64,000 nt of DNA from positions 1 through 64,000 of IMG/VR virus record IMGVR_UViG_3300025364_000003. One strand, 5' to 3'. The notes under the pieces are model-generated. The model was not told where the DNA came from. It saw nothing but the letters and a program-made list of their open reading frames with translations, and did not search any database. The first letter of the stretch is position 1; each line of letters starts with the position of its first letter. The position numbers were made by a program, and so were the translations under genes. Shown piece by piece: positions 19,397 through 29,379 of this stretch.

Positions 19397-21865
19397 TTAA
19401 ATCAATACCGAGTTTGTTTTAAGTTCAGGTCCACGGCTATAGTCAAAAAATACCGGAACAATAAAATAAGTCAGTTCGCCACTTTCTTTATTTGTTAGAT
19501 TGTCTATAAACTGAAAGTAATTTGAGCTGGTAATATTGTGTGATTTACCAACGATGGTTCTCATCCCCAAAATCTCTAGGATAACTATAAAGTGGTCAAT
19601 TTTATTGACATCACCTTGCACTTTCCACTGAACTAAAACTTTATTTTCCCCAAATCGAACAGCTTTGCCAGAAAGCAAGGAAGGTTGTATGTCTGCCAAA
19701 GACACTGTTAGAGACCGATTGTCAACGACTCGACCAAATGTAAATGTGCTTTTAGCATGATTTCTAACCAAAGTTCTGCTGGTAACCACGTTACCCCTGA
19801 GAAGGGTAATCGGGTGTCGCCAACGGCTAGGTGAAAAGCTGTAGCTTACATTTGTTCGTGGGTTGACGAGCTTATTTAGTGTAGGAAATAGGGTCTCTGT
19901 GTCTCTCGCATGTGCGGTAATGTTATATTTGTAGTCAAGTCCACCTTGTAAGGGTTTTACAGATCTTACTCTTCCAAATCGTTTGTCTGAGAAATTTGGA
20001 CTTGAAATAATCCCAAAGTCTTCCAGCTCTCCGGTGGTAAGATTTCTTCTAGTGACTCTCACCCCAAACAAATTTTGCAATTGTTCCCTGTTGGCGAGAA
20101 GTTGTTCTTGGAATTCGGTTGTAATACCTTGTTCTTCTAAAAATGACTTTATTAAATCGCCCTGAGTTTGAATGATGTTTTTTTCAATTGAAAAACTTAC
20201 ATCAATTTCATCTCCTGATTGTTCAACATTCGGCTCTCCAATTTCTAGTTCGAGAATGTTTGCTGAAACTGGCAAGAACTCAACAATGACATTATTTGCT
20301 GCAATTTCTTCTGTCCCACTGTCAAAAATGAATAAAGCCTTGTATTCATAGATCCTTCCTTCTTTTACCTGGTTGTCTTCAATAACAATTGGAGCGTTGG
20401 AATCAACTTCAATTAGTATAGTTTCGCTTCCTTGGCCACTTGGTTGAACAATAGAAAAATTTTGTTGGTTAATAGACAAATCTTTTCTTAATAAACGCAT
20501 GGCAATAGGGCCGGGCGCAATATCTCTAATCGTTATTACAACACTTCTGCCTTGTACTTCATGATCTAAACTTGCAAAATACGGCTGTCTTTTAAATTTA
20601 CCCCTGCTAAAAGGTGGTGACTTTTGTTCAATTACCGTAGAAGAAAATTCGGCTCCAAGAATTTCATCTCCGTTCACTGGAACCGCTCTGTAAATGATTG
20701 GGTTTGTGGAAGCGTACAAATCATCTATTTTCTTGAAGTCTTCTCCAAAATCTGCTTCTACCTCACCAACAAAGTCATATTGCGCATCAATTGCTGGATT
20801 GCCCTTGTTTAATTCTCGTCGAAATATTCTTATTTTTGTTGCATTTCGGTCTTTTTGCTTGACGCTAAGTGTCGTTCTTCCCAGAGCCCCCACAGAAAAG
20901 GCGACAATCTCTGGAGGTTCAGTAGGAATTTGTAACTTTGCAATATTTTCACTATGGGGAATTGAACGAGTTAGAGTTTGAACATCAAGCTCTCGATTGT
21001 TTCTCAACTCAAATGTAAGGAAAAATTCTTCTGATAAAAGACTTCCAACTGGGAGCCTGAGCGTTTCTTCGATTTCAATCCATGTTGATTCTTCTCGTAG
21101 AGGAACATTGAAATACGCAGAATTTCGAAGTTGAAATTGATTGGCGTAATTTTTTTGATTCAACAGTGTTGATACCAAGGGCGTTCCAAGTCTAATATTT
21201 GTTTGAGCCGCTGGTGACTTCAGCGACACTGTTCCGTTGATAGCTCTTGTGGCGGACGCAATAGAATTTGTTTTCGCACCAACAAATGAAGCTGGATCTC
21301 TTTTGCGATCTAATGCAAGACGACTTGAACGAAGTCTCACACTTCTTTTGGCGTCAGCCAAAGTATCGGACTGTACTATACTTGGAATCCTGGTAGTATT
21401 CCTATCCAGAATCGGCAATGCTAAATTCTGCTGTCTGATCGTGTTGACCAAAGCCGGCCTGACACGTTGAACTCTTGTTATTGTTGGGGGCGAGGTAAAT
21501 GTAGCTCTCGCCAAAGAAATTGTTTGATTGTTTGGGATTTTTCGAGTAATGTCACTAATGATTGTAACAATTCTATCGGCTGCTTCTTGACGTAAAATAT
21601 CTTTTGTAAGCGCCCTTCTCATACGAAGTCGTTTGTTGATCAAAACAGGATTGAAATTTGTAAAAGTTCTAACCTGCCTTCGCACTTGAGGTTTTTCAGT
21701 TGCGGAAATAACGGTCATGAAGGCTCGAGACCTTACTGCCTTAACAGGATCAACCCTGTACCTAATTTTGTAGATGAAATAACCGTCTTGAGTGATGGAT
21801 TCAAGTCTTGCAAAATCGTCAGGCACCTCAATAATATTTGCATCTCTTTTGAGTAAAGCTCGCAT
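19397..21865 (-). CDS. FN3-like domain virion protein, first gene of structural operon
   Basis: repeated D..V..G..YEY and LVQW..HF beta-sandwich patterns; Arg-rich N-terminal third; CTACTTAT motif upstream. Confidence 0.55.
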   Translation of the reverse strand: MRALLKRDANIIEVPDDFARLESITQDGYFIYKIRYRVDPVKAVRSRAFMTVISATEKPQVRRQVRTFTNFNPVLINKRLRMRRALTKDILRQEAADRIVTIISDITRKIPNNQTISLARATFTSPPTITRVQRVRPALVNTIRQQNLALPILDRNTTRIPSIVQSDTLADAKRSVRLRSSRLALDRKRDPASFVGAKTNSIASATRAINGTVSLKSPAAQTNIRLGTPLVSTLLNQKNYANQFQLRNSAYFNVPLREESTWIEIEETLRLPVGSLLSEEFFLTFELRNNRELDVQTLTRSIPHSENIAKLQIPTEPPEIVAFSVGALGRTTLSVKQKDRNATKIRIFRRELNKGNPAIDAQYDFVGEVEADFGEDFKKIDDLYASTNPIIYRAVPVNGDEILGAEFSSTVIEQKSPPFSRGKFKRQPYFASLDHEVQGRSVVITIRDIAPGPIAMRLLRKDLSINQQNFSIVQPSGQGSETILIEVDSNAPIVIEDNQVKEGRIYEYKALFIFDSGTEEIAANNVIVEFLPVSANILELEIGEPNVEQSGDEIDVSFSIEKNIIQTQGDLIKSFLEEQGITTEFQEQLLANREQLQNLFGVRVTRRNLTTGELEDFGIISSPNFSDKRFGRVRSVKPLQGGLDYKYNITAHARDTETLFPTLNKLVNPRTNVSYSFSPSRWRHPITLLRGNVVTSRTLVRNHAKSTFTFGRVVDNRSLTVSLADIQPSLLSGKAVRFGENKVLVQWKVQGDVNKIDHFIVILEILGMRTIVGKSHNITSSNYFQFIDNLTNKESGELTYFIVPVFFDYSRGPELKTNSVLI

Positions 21866-22071
21866 TTATTCGAAGACTCCGTTTGTTCTGATAAGTAGAG
21901 GTTGTGCCAAGTTTCAAGTATAACGCAACCTATGTATGAAGAATGGATAAATAATCTAGCACGCCAAAATGAATAAAAACATTATTGATAAACTTGTTTG
22001 TTTTCCCGTCGGAATAGGGTTTATGACGCAAATCAACCTATGTAGTCTGTCTCAGACGAAGGAGTTGCCAC

Positions 22072-22503
22072 GTGAAAGATATCGAAGAGCACCTACACCA
22101 ATATTTGTTACAGGCTGGACAAACAGTTTATTTGCAAAACACTAAAATACATGGGCGCCGAAATAAAAAAGTAAGTGTTGTTTCTTATTCCCAAGAAGGC
22201 GTTGTTGATTTCTTTATAAAATGTCATGCGAAGCTCGTTACCAATGATGATTTTAGTCATTTGGTTGAAAAATATGGCGTTGATGGCAAGCTGGGAAATG
22301 AAATTATGATAACCAATGGTCAAATGGCTATTGTGCTTGCTTCTTTCCACTGGGGCCATACTGAAAAAGAGATCAAAGCTCTCCTGGAGAAGAACGTCAT
22401 TAAAAAGCCCGAAGAAGCAACACCATCAGTAACTTGTTTCTTGCTTGTTGATGATCAATTTGTAATCGCTAGTCATGATAAGTGTAATCCTGTAGACTTA
22501 TGA
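22072..22503 (+). CDS. hypothetical protein
   Basis: ORF with AAGGAG SD. Confidence 0.65.
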   Translation: MKDIEEHLHQYLLQAGQTVYLQNTKIHGRRNKKVSVVSYSQEGVVDFFIKCHAKLVTNDDFSHLVEKYGVDGKLGNEIMITNGQMAIVLASFHWGHTEKEIKALLEKNVIKKPEEATPSVTCFLLVDDQFVIASHDKCNPVDL

Positions 22504-23405
22504 GTTCAAAGTTTTTTACACAAGGGCAAGCCATTACCTTTATCGAAAAAGTTTTCGACAAGGGGCGGTTGTCTAATGGTGGAAAAAACATCTCAGTTGT
22601 TTGCCCTATGTGCAAATCTGTTAAGAATGACAGATATGAAAAACAAAAACTGGTGATAAGAACTGACAACTTTAATACTAAAAATAATAAAATTTATATT
22701 GGTCGAGCTGTATGCCTTCGACGAAGATATTTGAGGCATTTGTCTAATTTATTCGCTAAAAAATATCGTAATAAATATCTTGAAAGAGAATATTGGAAAT
22801 ACGGAGAGGATGTTTTTGAATTTGCTTTACTAAAACATGTGCCCAAAGATAAATTGGTTATTGTCGAACAACAGTATCTTAATAAATTGAAACCATTGAA
22901 TGGCAAAAAGACGTACAATCTAACATTGCATGCAGAAGGACCGGGCAATTGTTTAACAGAGTATAGTAAAATGAAAATAAGTCAAACCTTGACTGGGAGG
23001 AGACATTCTAAAAACCGCATAGAGAAGATTAAGAAATCTTGTGCCTGGCGGAAAAAACAAATAAAATTAATGTCACCCAATGGGAAGCTGGTAAAAATAA
23101 ATGGCATCGTCGATTTTTGCAAAGAATATAATCTTGCCAGAAGCGGCATTGCTAAAGTAATCAACGGCAAGAGATTACATTATAAACGTTGGTGTTTGTC
23201 AAAAAATTATGATATCGTCCTAAAAAACCAAGGTAACGTTGGTAAAAATAAACTAAAAAGAGTGTTACTCTCTCCTCAGGGTGTTTCTTATGAAGAAATA
23301 CGAAATATTAGAGACTTTTCAAAGCAAAAAAAATTATCATACTCAAGATTTTGTATGTTGTTACGTGAAGAAATAACCGAATATAAAGGCTGGAGATATA
23401 GATGA
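22500..23405 (+). CDS. chimeric ORF: primase N-terminal fragment fused to GIY-YIG homing endonuclease
   Basis: first ~58 aa align by eye to the N-terminus of 23402-24418; then NNKIYIG..LRRRY..H..EQQYL..YN and repeated SPNG/SPQG..KGW DNA-binding repeats. Confidence 0.75.
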   Translation: MSSKFFTQGQAITFIEKVFDKGRLSNGGKNISVVCPMCKSVKNDRYEKQKLVIRTDNFNTKNNKIYIGRAVCLRRRYLRHLSNLFAKKYRNKYLEREYWKYGEDVFEFALLKHVPKDKLVIVEQQYLNKLKPLNGKKTYNLTLHAEGPGNCLTEYSKMKISQTLTGRRHSKNRIEKIKKSCAWRKKQIKLMSPNGKLVKINGIVDFCKEYNLARSGIAKVINGKRLHYKRWCLSKNYDIVLKNQGNVGKNKLKRVLLSPQGVSYEEIRNIRDFSKQKKLSYSRFCMLLREEITEYKGWRYR

Positions 23406-24418
23406 GTCATTATACTGAAGGACAATTTATATCTTTTATTCAAAGGTCTTTTGGGGATGGTAAATTAGATGGTCGTAAAAACAATATACAGTTAGTTTGT
23501 CCTTTCTGTAGAAATGCAAAAGGTGGTAGTTATTCAAAAAGAAAATTAGCTATAAAAACTACCAAGCCACATTTTGTTCATTGCTGGGTCTGTGGATACA
23601 AAAATAGGAACATCTACAAATTGTTAGCAAGGTGGGCTCCTGAACATTTGTCAGAATATAAAGATTCGTTCCTCGATGCTGAGGAGCTGAAAGCGAGCGA
23701 AGCTGAGGTCACACAAACATATAAGCCAATAGTCCTTCCAAAAGGGTTTACCTTGTTGGCCGACGCTTCAGCTCGTTTGACTTCTTTCGATACCTATCAG
23801 AGAAGATATTTTGAAAAGGCTATTGAATATCTCAACAGTCGTGGAATTAAAACTCAGGCCGAACTTTGGTATTGGAAAATTGGCATAACAACATTTTATA
23901 AAGAAGGCTGCAAGGATAGAATTATTATTCCATCTTTTGATTGTGATGGTACACTATCTTATTGGACGGGCAGAAGCTGGCGCCGAAACCCTAACAAGAA
24001 ATACAATAACCCATACTGCAACCGAAAAAACGTCATATTCAATGAACTGAATATTGATTGGAAAGAAGCACTCACAATTGTCGAAGGACCATTTGATCTT
24101 TTGAAGTGTAATGCAAATGCAACTTGCGTTTTAGGATCAGAACTAACGCTCGAATATGAACTTCTTCAAAAGATTATCAAAAATCGTACGCCGGTTATTT
24201 TAGCTTTTGATCCCGACAAAGAAGGTCAGAGTAAACAACTTGAATTAGCCAATCGATTTCTAGAATTTGATATACCAGTGAAAATTGTTGAACATAGGGA
24301 TAAAACCAAAGATGTCGGTGATCTATCGAAATCAGAGTTTATCGATCTATTAAATTCTGCTAAGACATATTCGACAAACTATCATCTTAGACTGAAAATT
24401 GCATCGATAATGCAATGA
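23402..24418 (+). CDS. DnaG-like DNA primase
   Basis: CPFC...HCWVCG zinc finger, YLNSRGI, RIIIP, TOPRIM IVEGPFD, AFDPD, KDVGD. Confidence 0.9.
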   Translation: MSHYTEGQFISFIQRSFGDGKLDGRKNNIQLVCPFCRNAKGGSYSKRKLAIKTTKPHFVHCWVCGYKNRNIYKLLARWAPEHLSEYKDSFLDAEELKASEAEVTQTYKPIVLPKGFTLLADASARLTSFDTYQRRYFEKAIEYLNSRGIKTQAELWYWKIGITTFYKEGCKDRIIIPSFDCDGTLSYWTGRSWRRNPNKKYNNPYCNRKNVIFNELNIDWKEALTIVEGPFDLLKCNANATCVLGSELTLEYELLQKIIKNRTPVILAFDPDKEGQSKQLELANRFLEFDIPVKIVEHRDKTKDVGDLSKSEFIDLLNSAKTYSTNYHLRLKIASIMQ

Positions 24419-24450
24419 CGTTTATTTGAGAAAGATTTACGGAACATATT

Positions 24451-27400
24451 ATGCGCATAATTCATATCTCGGACATACATTGGCGAGGTATTCAAAGGCA
24501 TAGGGAATATAATAAAGCTTTTGAAGAACTTTACAGGCAATTGAGAGAACTCAATGTTGATCTAATCGTTAACACTGGAGATACTTTTCATACCAAAACT
24601 CAGGGCATCACTCCTGAAATTATTGAACGACTTGCTTGGATGTTTCGCTCTCTTGCGGACATTGCTCCGACATATACCCTTCTTGGCAACCATGATGGCA
24701 ACCTTACTAATTTGCATCGTAAGGACATTATTACCCCGATTCATGAATCGATTGATCATCCCAAAGCACATCTGCTTCGTAAGTCGGGCGTTTACAAAGT
24801 CGATGATCTTAAAGATCAAGATGTTTATATCGGAGCTTTTTCACCCTTTGACCAAAAAGGTTGGCCAAGTGTAAAGCCAGTAGAGGGAGCAATCAACATA
24901 GCTCTTTATCACGGTTCTGTTGCGGGCTCGGTAATGGACAATAATTGGACATTGCCTTGGGAAAACTGCGAAGCTGAGGTTTCGGACTTTACTAAGTTTG
25001 ATTTTGCGCTTCTGGGCGACATTCACAAACAGCAGTATTTGGCAAAACGCAAAGATAAGAATGGTGTTGAAAAGCCATGGATGGGCTATCCTGGCTCTCT
25101 TATCCAACAAAACTTTGGTGAAACTGAGACTAAAGGTTATCTTGTTTGGGACATCCGCACACGAGACGATTGGGATGTTTCTTTTAAGAAATTGGAGAAT
25201 TATAGCCCGTTTGTTACCATACATTGGGAAGGAACCGTAGACGAAACAATCAAGAAGGTTGTTGAAAGCAGGGGTGAAAAAGCTTTTTTGCCAGGCGCTC
25301 GTTTTAGAGTTTCTTCTTCATTTGCTATCCCTTCTATCGAAGCTAGAAAGTTAGTACATGATCTAAGAGAAGTTAGAAAAGCAAGCGAAGTAACTTTCAA
25401 ATATGACATCATTTCAAAGATGGATCATGTTGAATCCAACTCGCTGAAGATCTCCAAAAAGGGATTGAGGCAAGACCCAGATGCAGTAGTTCGTCTTTAT
25501 CTTGACTATATCAGAGCACATGCTCAAAACTATCATTTTGATATTGACCAACTAGATGAGGCTGAAAATTTGATTAGAGGCTACATGTCCAAGCTAATGG
25601 TCAGAGAGGCTGACAGTCTTACGAAGAATTGCAATTGGTCAATCAAGTCACTTGAGTTTGATAATATTTTCAGGTATGGGGAAGGAAATAGGATTAACTT
25701 CAACGATCTTGAAGGCGTGGTTGGAGTATTCGGTCCTAATCGAATCGGAAAAGCACTAGACATTAATACGCCCATACCAACAATAAATGGATGGAAAACA
25801 ATTGAGTCGATCACTACGAACGATTTTGTGTTTGATTCTAATGGTAGGCCATGTCGTGTTACTGCAAAAAGTCCAATTTATACAGAGCATAAATGCTATG
25901 AACTTGTATTTTCAGATGGAACTAAGGTGGTGGCTGATGCAGATCATCAATGGATCGTTAATGATCACAAGGCAATGGCCAAACAGAGAAAACTTACAAA
26001 ATCACATAAAAAAGTTGTTACCACCAAACAAATGTTTGAGTCTCAAACCTTTTCTGTGGGTAAAAACAAAGTAAACCATTGGTCAATTACAAATTGTTCA
26101 CCAGTACAATACCCAAAACGATTTTTACCCCTTGATCCATACGTGTTAGGTTGCTGGCTTGGTGATGGCCATTCGCACAGTTCAGAAATTACTTGTTTCG
26201 ATGAAGAAATTCTTGAAAACATAAAAAAATCTGGTGAAACGATCCTTGAGAAGAAACGACCAGGTTCATTTACGGTAAAGTTGTTGTCACCCCGCCTCCG
26301 TAGTCTAGGTGTGCTTGGAAACAAGCATATTCCCAGTATGTATATGATTGCTTCTGTACCTGAAAGAATTTCCTTATTGCAAGGTCTTATGGACACAGAT
26401 GGCAGTTGTTCCAAGTCAGGGTTGGTGGAATTTTGCCAATGTGACGAAAAACTTGCTCATCAGGTAAAAGAACTAGCATGCAGTCTAGGATTTAAAACAA
26501 CCATCAGAGTTGAAGACGCTAAGCTTTATGGCAAAACAATCAGCAAAAGATATAGAGTTTCCTTTACGCCACATAAAAATGATATTTGTCCTTTCAGACT
26601 TTCAAGAAAAGCAAACAGAATTAGGGCAGTAAAAAATGCTTTTGCAGACAGAACAAAGCGACGTTATGTTGTTGACATTAAACCGGTTCCTTCGATTCCA
26701 GTCCAATGTTTGGTGGTAGATAGCCCAGACCACTCTTTTTTGTTTGGTCGAAATTATGTTCCAACTCACAATTCTTCGATAGTGGGCGCCATTATGTACG
26801 CACTTTACAATACGACTGATCGTGGCCCAATGAAAACTGCCCACATAATCAACAAAAACAAAAACTACTGCAAAGCAAAGGTACGAATTAGTGTTGGTGG
26901 CACTGATTATATAATTGAACGTCAAAGTCAAAGAGTCATTCCCAAGAGGAATAAGAGAAAATATGACCCTGACAAAACAACCACTACTTTGAATTTCTGT
27001 CGGATTGAATGGGATGAAGAGCATGGTGTTGAGAAGAAAATTTCTGAGAACTCTATCAGTAGAGACGATACCGACAAGCAAATCAGAAACCTTATTGGCA
27101 CATCGAATGATTTTTTGCTGACGGCTCTTTCTTCGCAAGGCTCAGTTGACAAGTTTATCAAAGAGGGGCCGACAGACAGAAAAAAGATTCTAGCAAGATT
27201 CCTCGAACTTGACATTTTTGAAAAACTTTATTCGCTTTGCAAAGATGATTACAATAGCCTAAATTCAAAGGGCAGTTATCTATCGCCTGAATCTATCGTG
27301 AATCAAATCAAAAAGGCTCGTAAAAGAGCTAGCGACCTTGAGAAGAGTATTGAGGTTCTCACAGAGAGAATTTTCAAGCATCGAGAACAAAAGGATGAGA

Positions 27401-28716
27401 TCAAGCTTTGGCTAATGCATCATGAGAAGAGTGCAGCCGAAGTTGATTTGGCACAAATAGATGCACTTGAAAAGAAAATCAAGGAACTTGAAGATAAGTA
27501 CATGGCCAAGTCAACTGAACTGGAAAAAACGAGAAAAACAGTTCGAGACACAGGCAAAGCTTTGAAAACAACAACTTCTGCCAAGCGTAAGTACAACATT
27601 GATGTTCTGAACGCTGAACTCGAAAGCTTTGAAGCTTTAAAAGCAACCATGCATGAGTTAAAGCATGAGTTGAATTCGCAGAAAGCAATTTTGGAAAACC
27701 AGAAAAAGAATGTAAAAAAATTAAACGTTGTACCTTGTGGCGATCAATTTCCAGATTGTCATTATATTCGTGATGGTCACCGAGATAAGAAAAAGGTTGC
27801 CAAACAAGCAGAAACCGTAAACAAGCTTTCAGAACAGTATTCTAATGCTGAAGCTACCTTTGAGGAGTACATCGCCAAAAGGATCAAGGAAAGCATTGAG
27901 GAGTACAGAAAGCTCGATCGGGAGGAATTTGAACTTTCTTCTAAGTTAGAGTCTGCCCGAAATAACCGAAATCACATACGCTCTCAAATTACCAGTATCA
28001 AAGCTGAAATCAAGAAAACCAAGAAAGAGCTTGTCAGGCTCCAAAAGACGGTTGATATTCTTGAAGGTAAAGAATTTGAACGAAAGAAAGAATCGCTCGA
28101 CAGAATAAGAGATACTATTCATTCCTTAGAGTCTAAGAAAACCGACATTATTAGAGAGCTTGGCGGCCAACAAGAATCATTGAAGCGGCTTCTTTTAGAA
28201 GAAGAGGAAACCAAATCTCTTATCAAAAAGCTTAAGATTTACGATTCTATTGTAGCGGCTTTTTCGAAGACAGGAATTCCTGCAATGGTTTTGAAGTCGC
28301 AACTTCCCGCTATCAATCAAGAGTTGAATAAAATTCTTGAAGGAATTGTTGAATTCAAAATATCACTGGAAACTGATGTTAAATCAAATGTAATGGACGT
28401 CTATATTGAAGACGGACATAGTTCAAGAATTATTGAATTGGCTTCTGGAATGGAAAAAACTTTGGCAAGCCTTGCACTGAGAGTTGCCCTGAGTAATCTT
28501 TCCTCACTTCCAAAATCCGACATCCTCATCATTGATGAAGGTTTTGGCGCTTTAGACGAAGAAAATATTCAAAGTTCCATGGAAATGCTTACGTTTCTTA
28601 GGGGATACTTTAAAACAATTTTGGTGATTTCTCATGTTACCCAAATTAAAGAAGTGGCTGATAGAATAATTGAAGTTAAGAATGATGGTACCGAATCTAA
28701 AGTTACAACATTCTAA
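24451..28716 (+). CDS. fused Mre11/SbcD nuclease - Rad50/SbcC ATPase, intein-containing
   Basis: SDIH, GDTFH, GNHD, LGDIH, YPGS metallophosphoesterase motifs; Walker A GPNRIGK/SS split by intein; coiled coil; LASGMEK signature, IIDEGFGALD, VISH. Confidence 0.92.
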   Translation: MRIIHISDIHWRGIQRHREYNKAFEELYRQLRELNVDLIVNTGDTFHTKTQGITPEIIERLAWMFRSLADIAPTYTLLGNHDGNLTNLHRKDIITPIHESIDHPKAHLLRKSGVYKVDDLKDQDVYIGAFSPFDQKGWPSVKPVEGAINIALYHGSVAGSVMDNNWTLPWENCEAEVSDFTKFDFALLGDIHKQQYLAKRKDKNGVEKPWMGYPGSLIQQNFGETETKGYLVWDIRTRDDWDVSFKKLENYSPFVTIHWEGTVDETIKKVVESRGEKAFLPGARFRVSSSFAIPSIEARKLVHDLREVRKASEVTFKYDIISKMDHVESNSLKISKKGLRQDPDAVVRLYLDYIRAHAQNYHFDIDQLDEAENLIRGYMSKLMVREADSLTKNCNWSIKSLEFDNIFRYGEGNRINFNDLEGVVGVFGPNRIGKALDINTPIPTINGWKTIESITTNDFVFDSNGRPCRVTAKSPIYTEHKCYELVFSDGTKVVADADHQWIVNDHKAMAKQRKLTKSHKKVVTTKQMFESQTFSVGKNKVNHWSITNCSPVQYPKRFLPLDPYVLGCWLGDGHSHSSEITCFDEEILENIKKSGETILEKKRPGSFTVKLLSPRLRSLGVLGNKHIPSMYMIASVPERISLLQGLMDTDGSCSKSGLVEFCQCDEKLAHQVKELACSLGFKTTIRVEDAKLYGKTISKRYRVSFTPHKNDICPFRLSRKANRIRAVKNAFADRTKRRYVVDIKPVPSIPVQCLVVDSPDHSFLFGRNYVPTHNSSIVGAIMYALYNTTDRGPMKTAHIINKNKNYCKAKVRISVGGTDYIIERQSQRVIPKRNKRKYDPDKTTTTLNFCRIEWDEEHGVEKKISENSISRDDTDKQIRNLIGTSNDFLLTALSSQGSVDKFIKEGPTDRKKILARFLELDIFEKLYSLCKDDYNSLNSKGSYLSPESIVNQIKKARKRASDLEKSIEVLTERIFKHREQKDEIKLWLMHHEKSAAEVDLAQIDALEKKIKELEDKYMAKSTELEKTRKTVRDTGKALKTTTSAKRKYNIDVLNAELESFEALKATMHELKHELNSQKAILENQKKNVKKLNVVPCGDQFPDCHYIRDGHRDKKKVAKQAETVNKLSEQYSNAEATFEEYIAKRIKESIEEYRKLDREEFELSSKLESARNNRNHIRSQITSIKAEIKKTKKELVRLQKTVDILEGKEFERKKESLDRIRDTIHSLESKKTDIIRELGGQQESLKRLLLEEEETKSLIKKLKIYDSIVAAFSKTGIPAMVLKSQLPAINQELNKILEGIVEFKISLETDVKSNVMDVYIEDGHSSRIIELASGMEKTLASLALRVALSNLSSLPKSDILIIDEGFGALDEENIQSSMEMLTFLRGYFKTILVISHVTQIKEVADRIIEVKNDGTESKVTTF
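25753..26772 (+). mobile_element. class 3 intein with LAGLIDADG homing endonuclease (340 aa)
   Basis: begins Ala (ALDINTPIPT), block B ADADHQW, LGCWLGDG and LQGLMDTDG, block F VQCLVV, ends PTHN followed by Ser. Confidence 0.9.
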
Positions 28717-28729
28717 GAAGGGAAATAAA

Positions 28730-29290
28730 ATGACAAAAGAAAAAGCCGTGGTAATTTTAAGTGAGTGGAAATGGACCAGGTTGGTCCTGTATGTTGCGAG
28801 CATTTCAAATGATATTTTTGGATGGCTTGCAGTTTTGGGCGCTTACCTTCTCTGGGGAGAAAAGGGGACTTTAAAGTGGGAAGCTGGAGTTCTTCGAGCA
28901 AAACTTAAAAAAGACAGTTGGCTTGACAAGCGCTCGTGGTGGGGTGGTCTTACCATAACTGCTCATGCCATGCTATACAGGCAAATTGATCTGTGGCCAG
29001 AAGAAAGAGAAGTTCCTCACCCAACACAAATACATGAACATGTACACACAGAACAGGCCGAAGGTGCAAATCTGCTTTCGCTTGTTCAAGCACTCATTCT
29101 TTTACCAATTACATTAGTTTTAATGGGTGGCTGGTCTGTGCTCTTTTGTGTGCTATGGTGGATTTTGATGGGTCACCTAGGAAAAGGTTTGGCCAATAAG
29201 CTAACTGCGATTTGTCGAGGCGAAGATCATTATTGGGGTTCTACACACGAGGAAGCTGCAAGGGCCTTGGCTAAAAACCCTAGAGTTTAA
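28730..29290 (+). CDS. membrane protein with HExxH motif (possible zincin-like peptidase)
   Basis: IHEHVHTEQ, downstream HEEAA, several TM segments. Confidence 0.5.
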   Translation: MTKEKAVVILSEWKWTRLVLYVASISNDIFGWLAVLGAYLLWGEKGTLKWEAGVLRAKLKKDSWLDKRSWWGGLTITAHAMLYRQIDLWPEEREVPHPTQIHEHVHTEQAEGANLLSLVQALILLPITLVLMGGWSVLFCVLWWILMGHLGKGLANKLTAICRGEDHYWGSTHEEAARALAKNPRV

Positions 29291-29379
29291 ACTCCGACAC
29301 GGTTACGATAACCTAAAAAAGGTTCGAGATTTGGTTTGATGAGCCTTTATAACTTGTCTTTTACAAACAGAATGAGCGT

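Noticed and set aside
22500-23600. Group I intron in the primase gene
   Set aside because: No non-coding intron core flanks the endonuclease, and the downstream primase has its own complete N-terminus
6918-28803. Many short ORFs nested in or antisense to the large genes
   Set aside because: Shadow ORFs without motifs, fully overlapping well-supported genes
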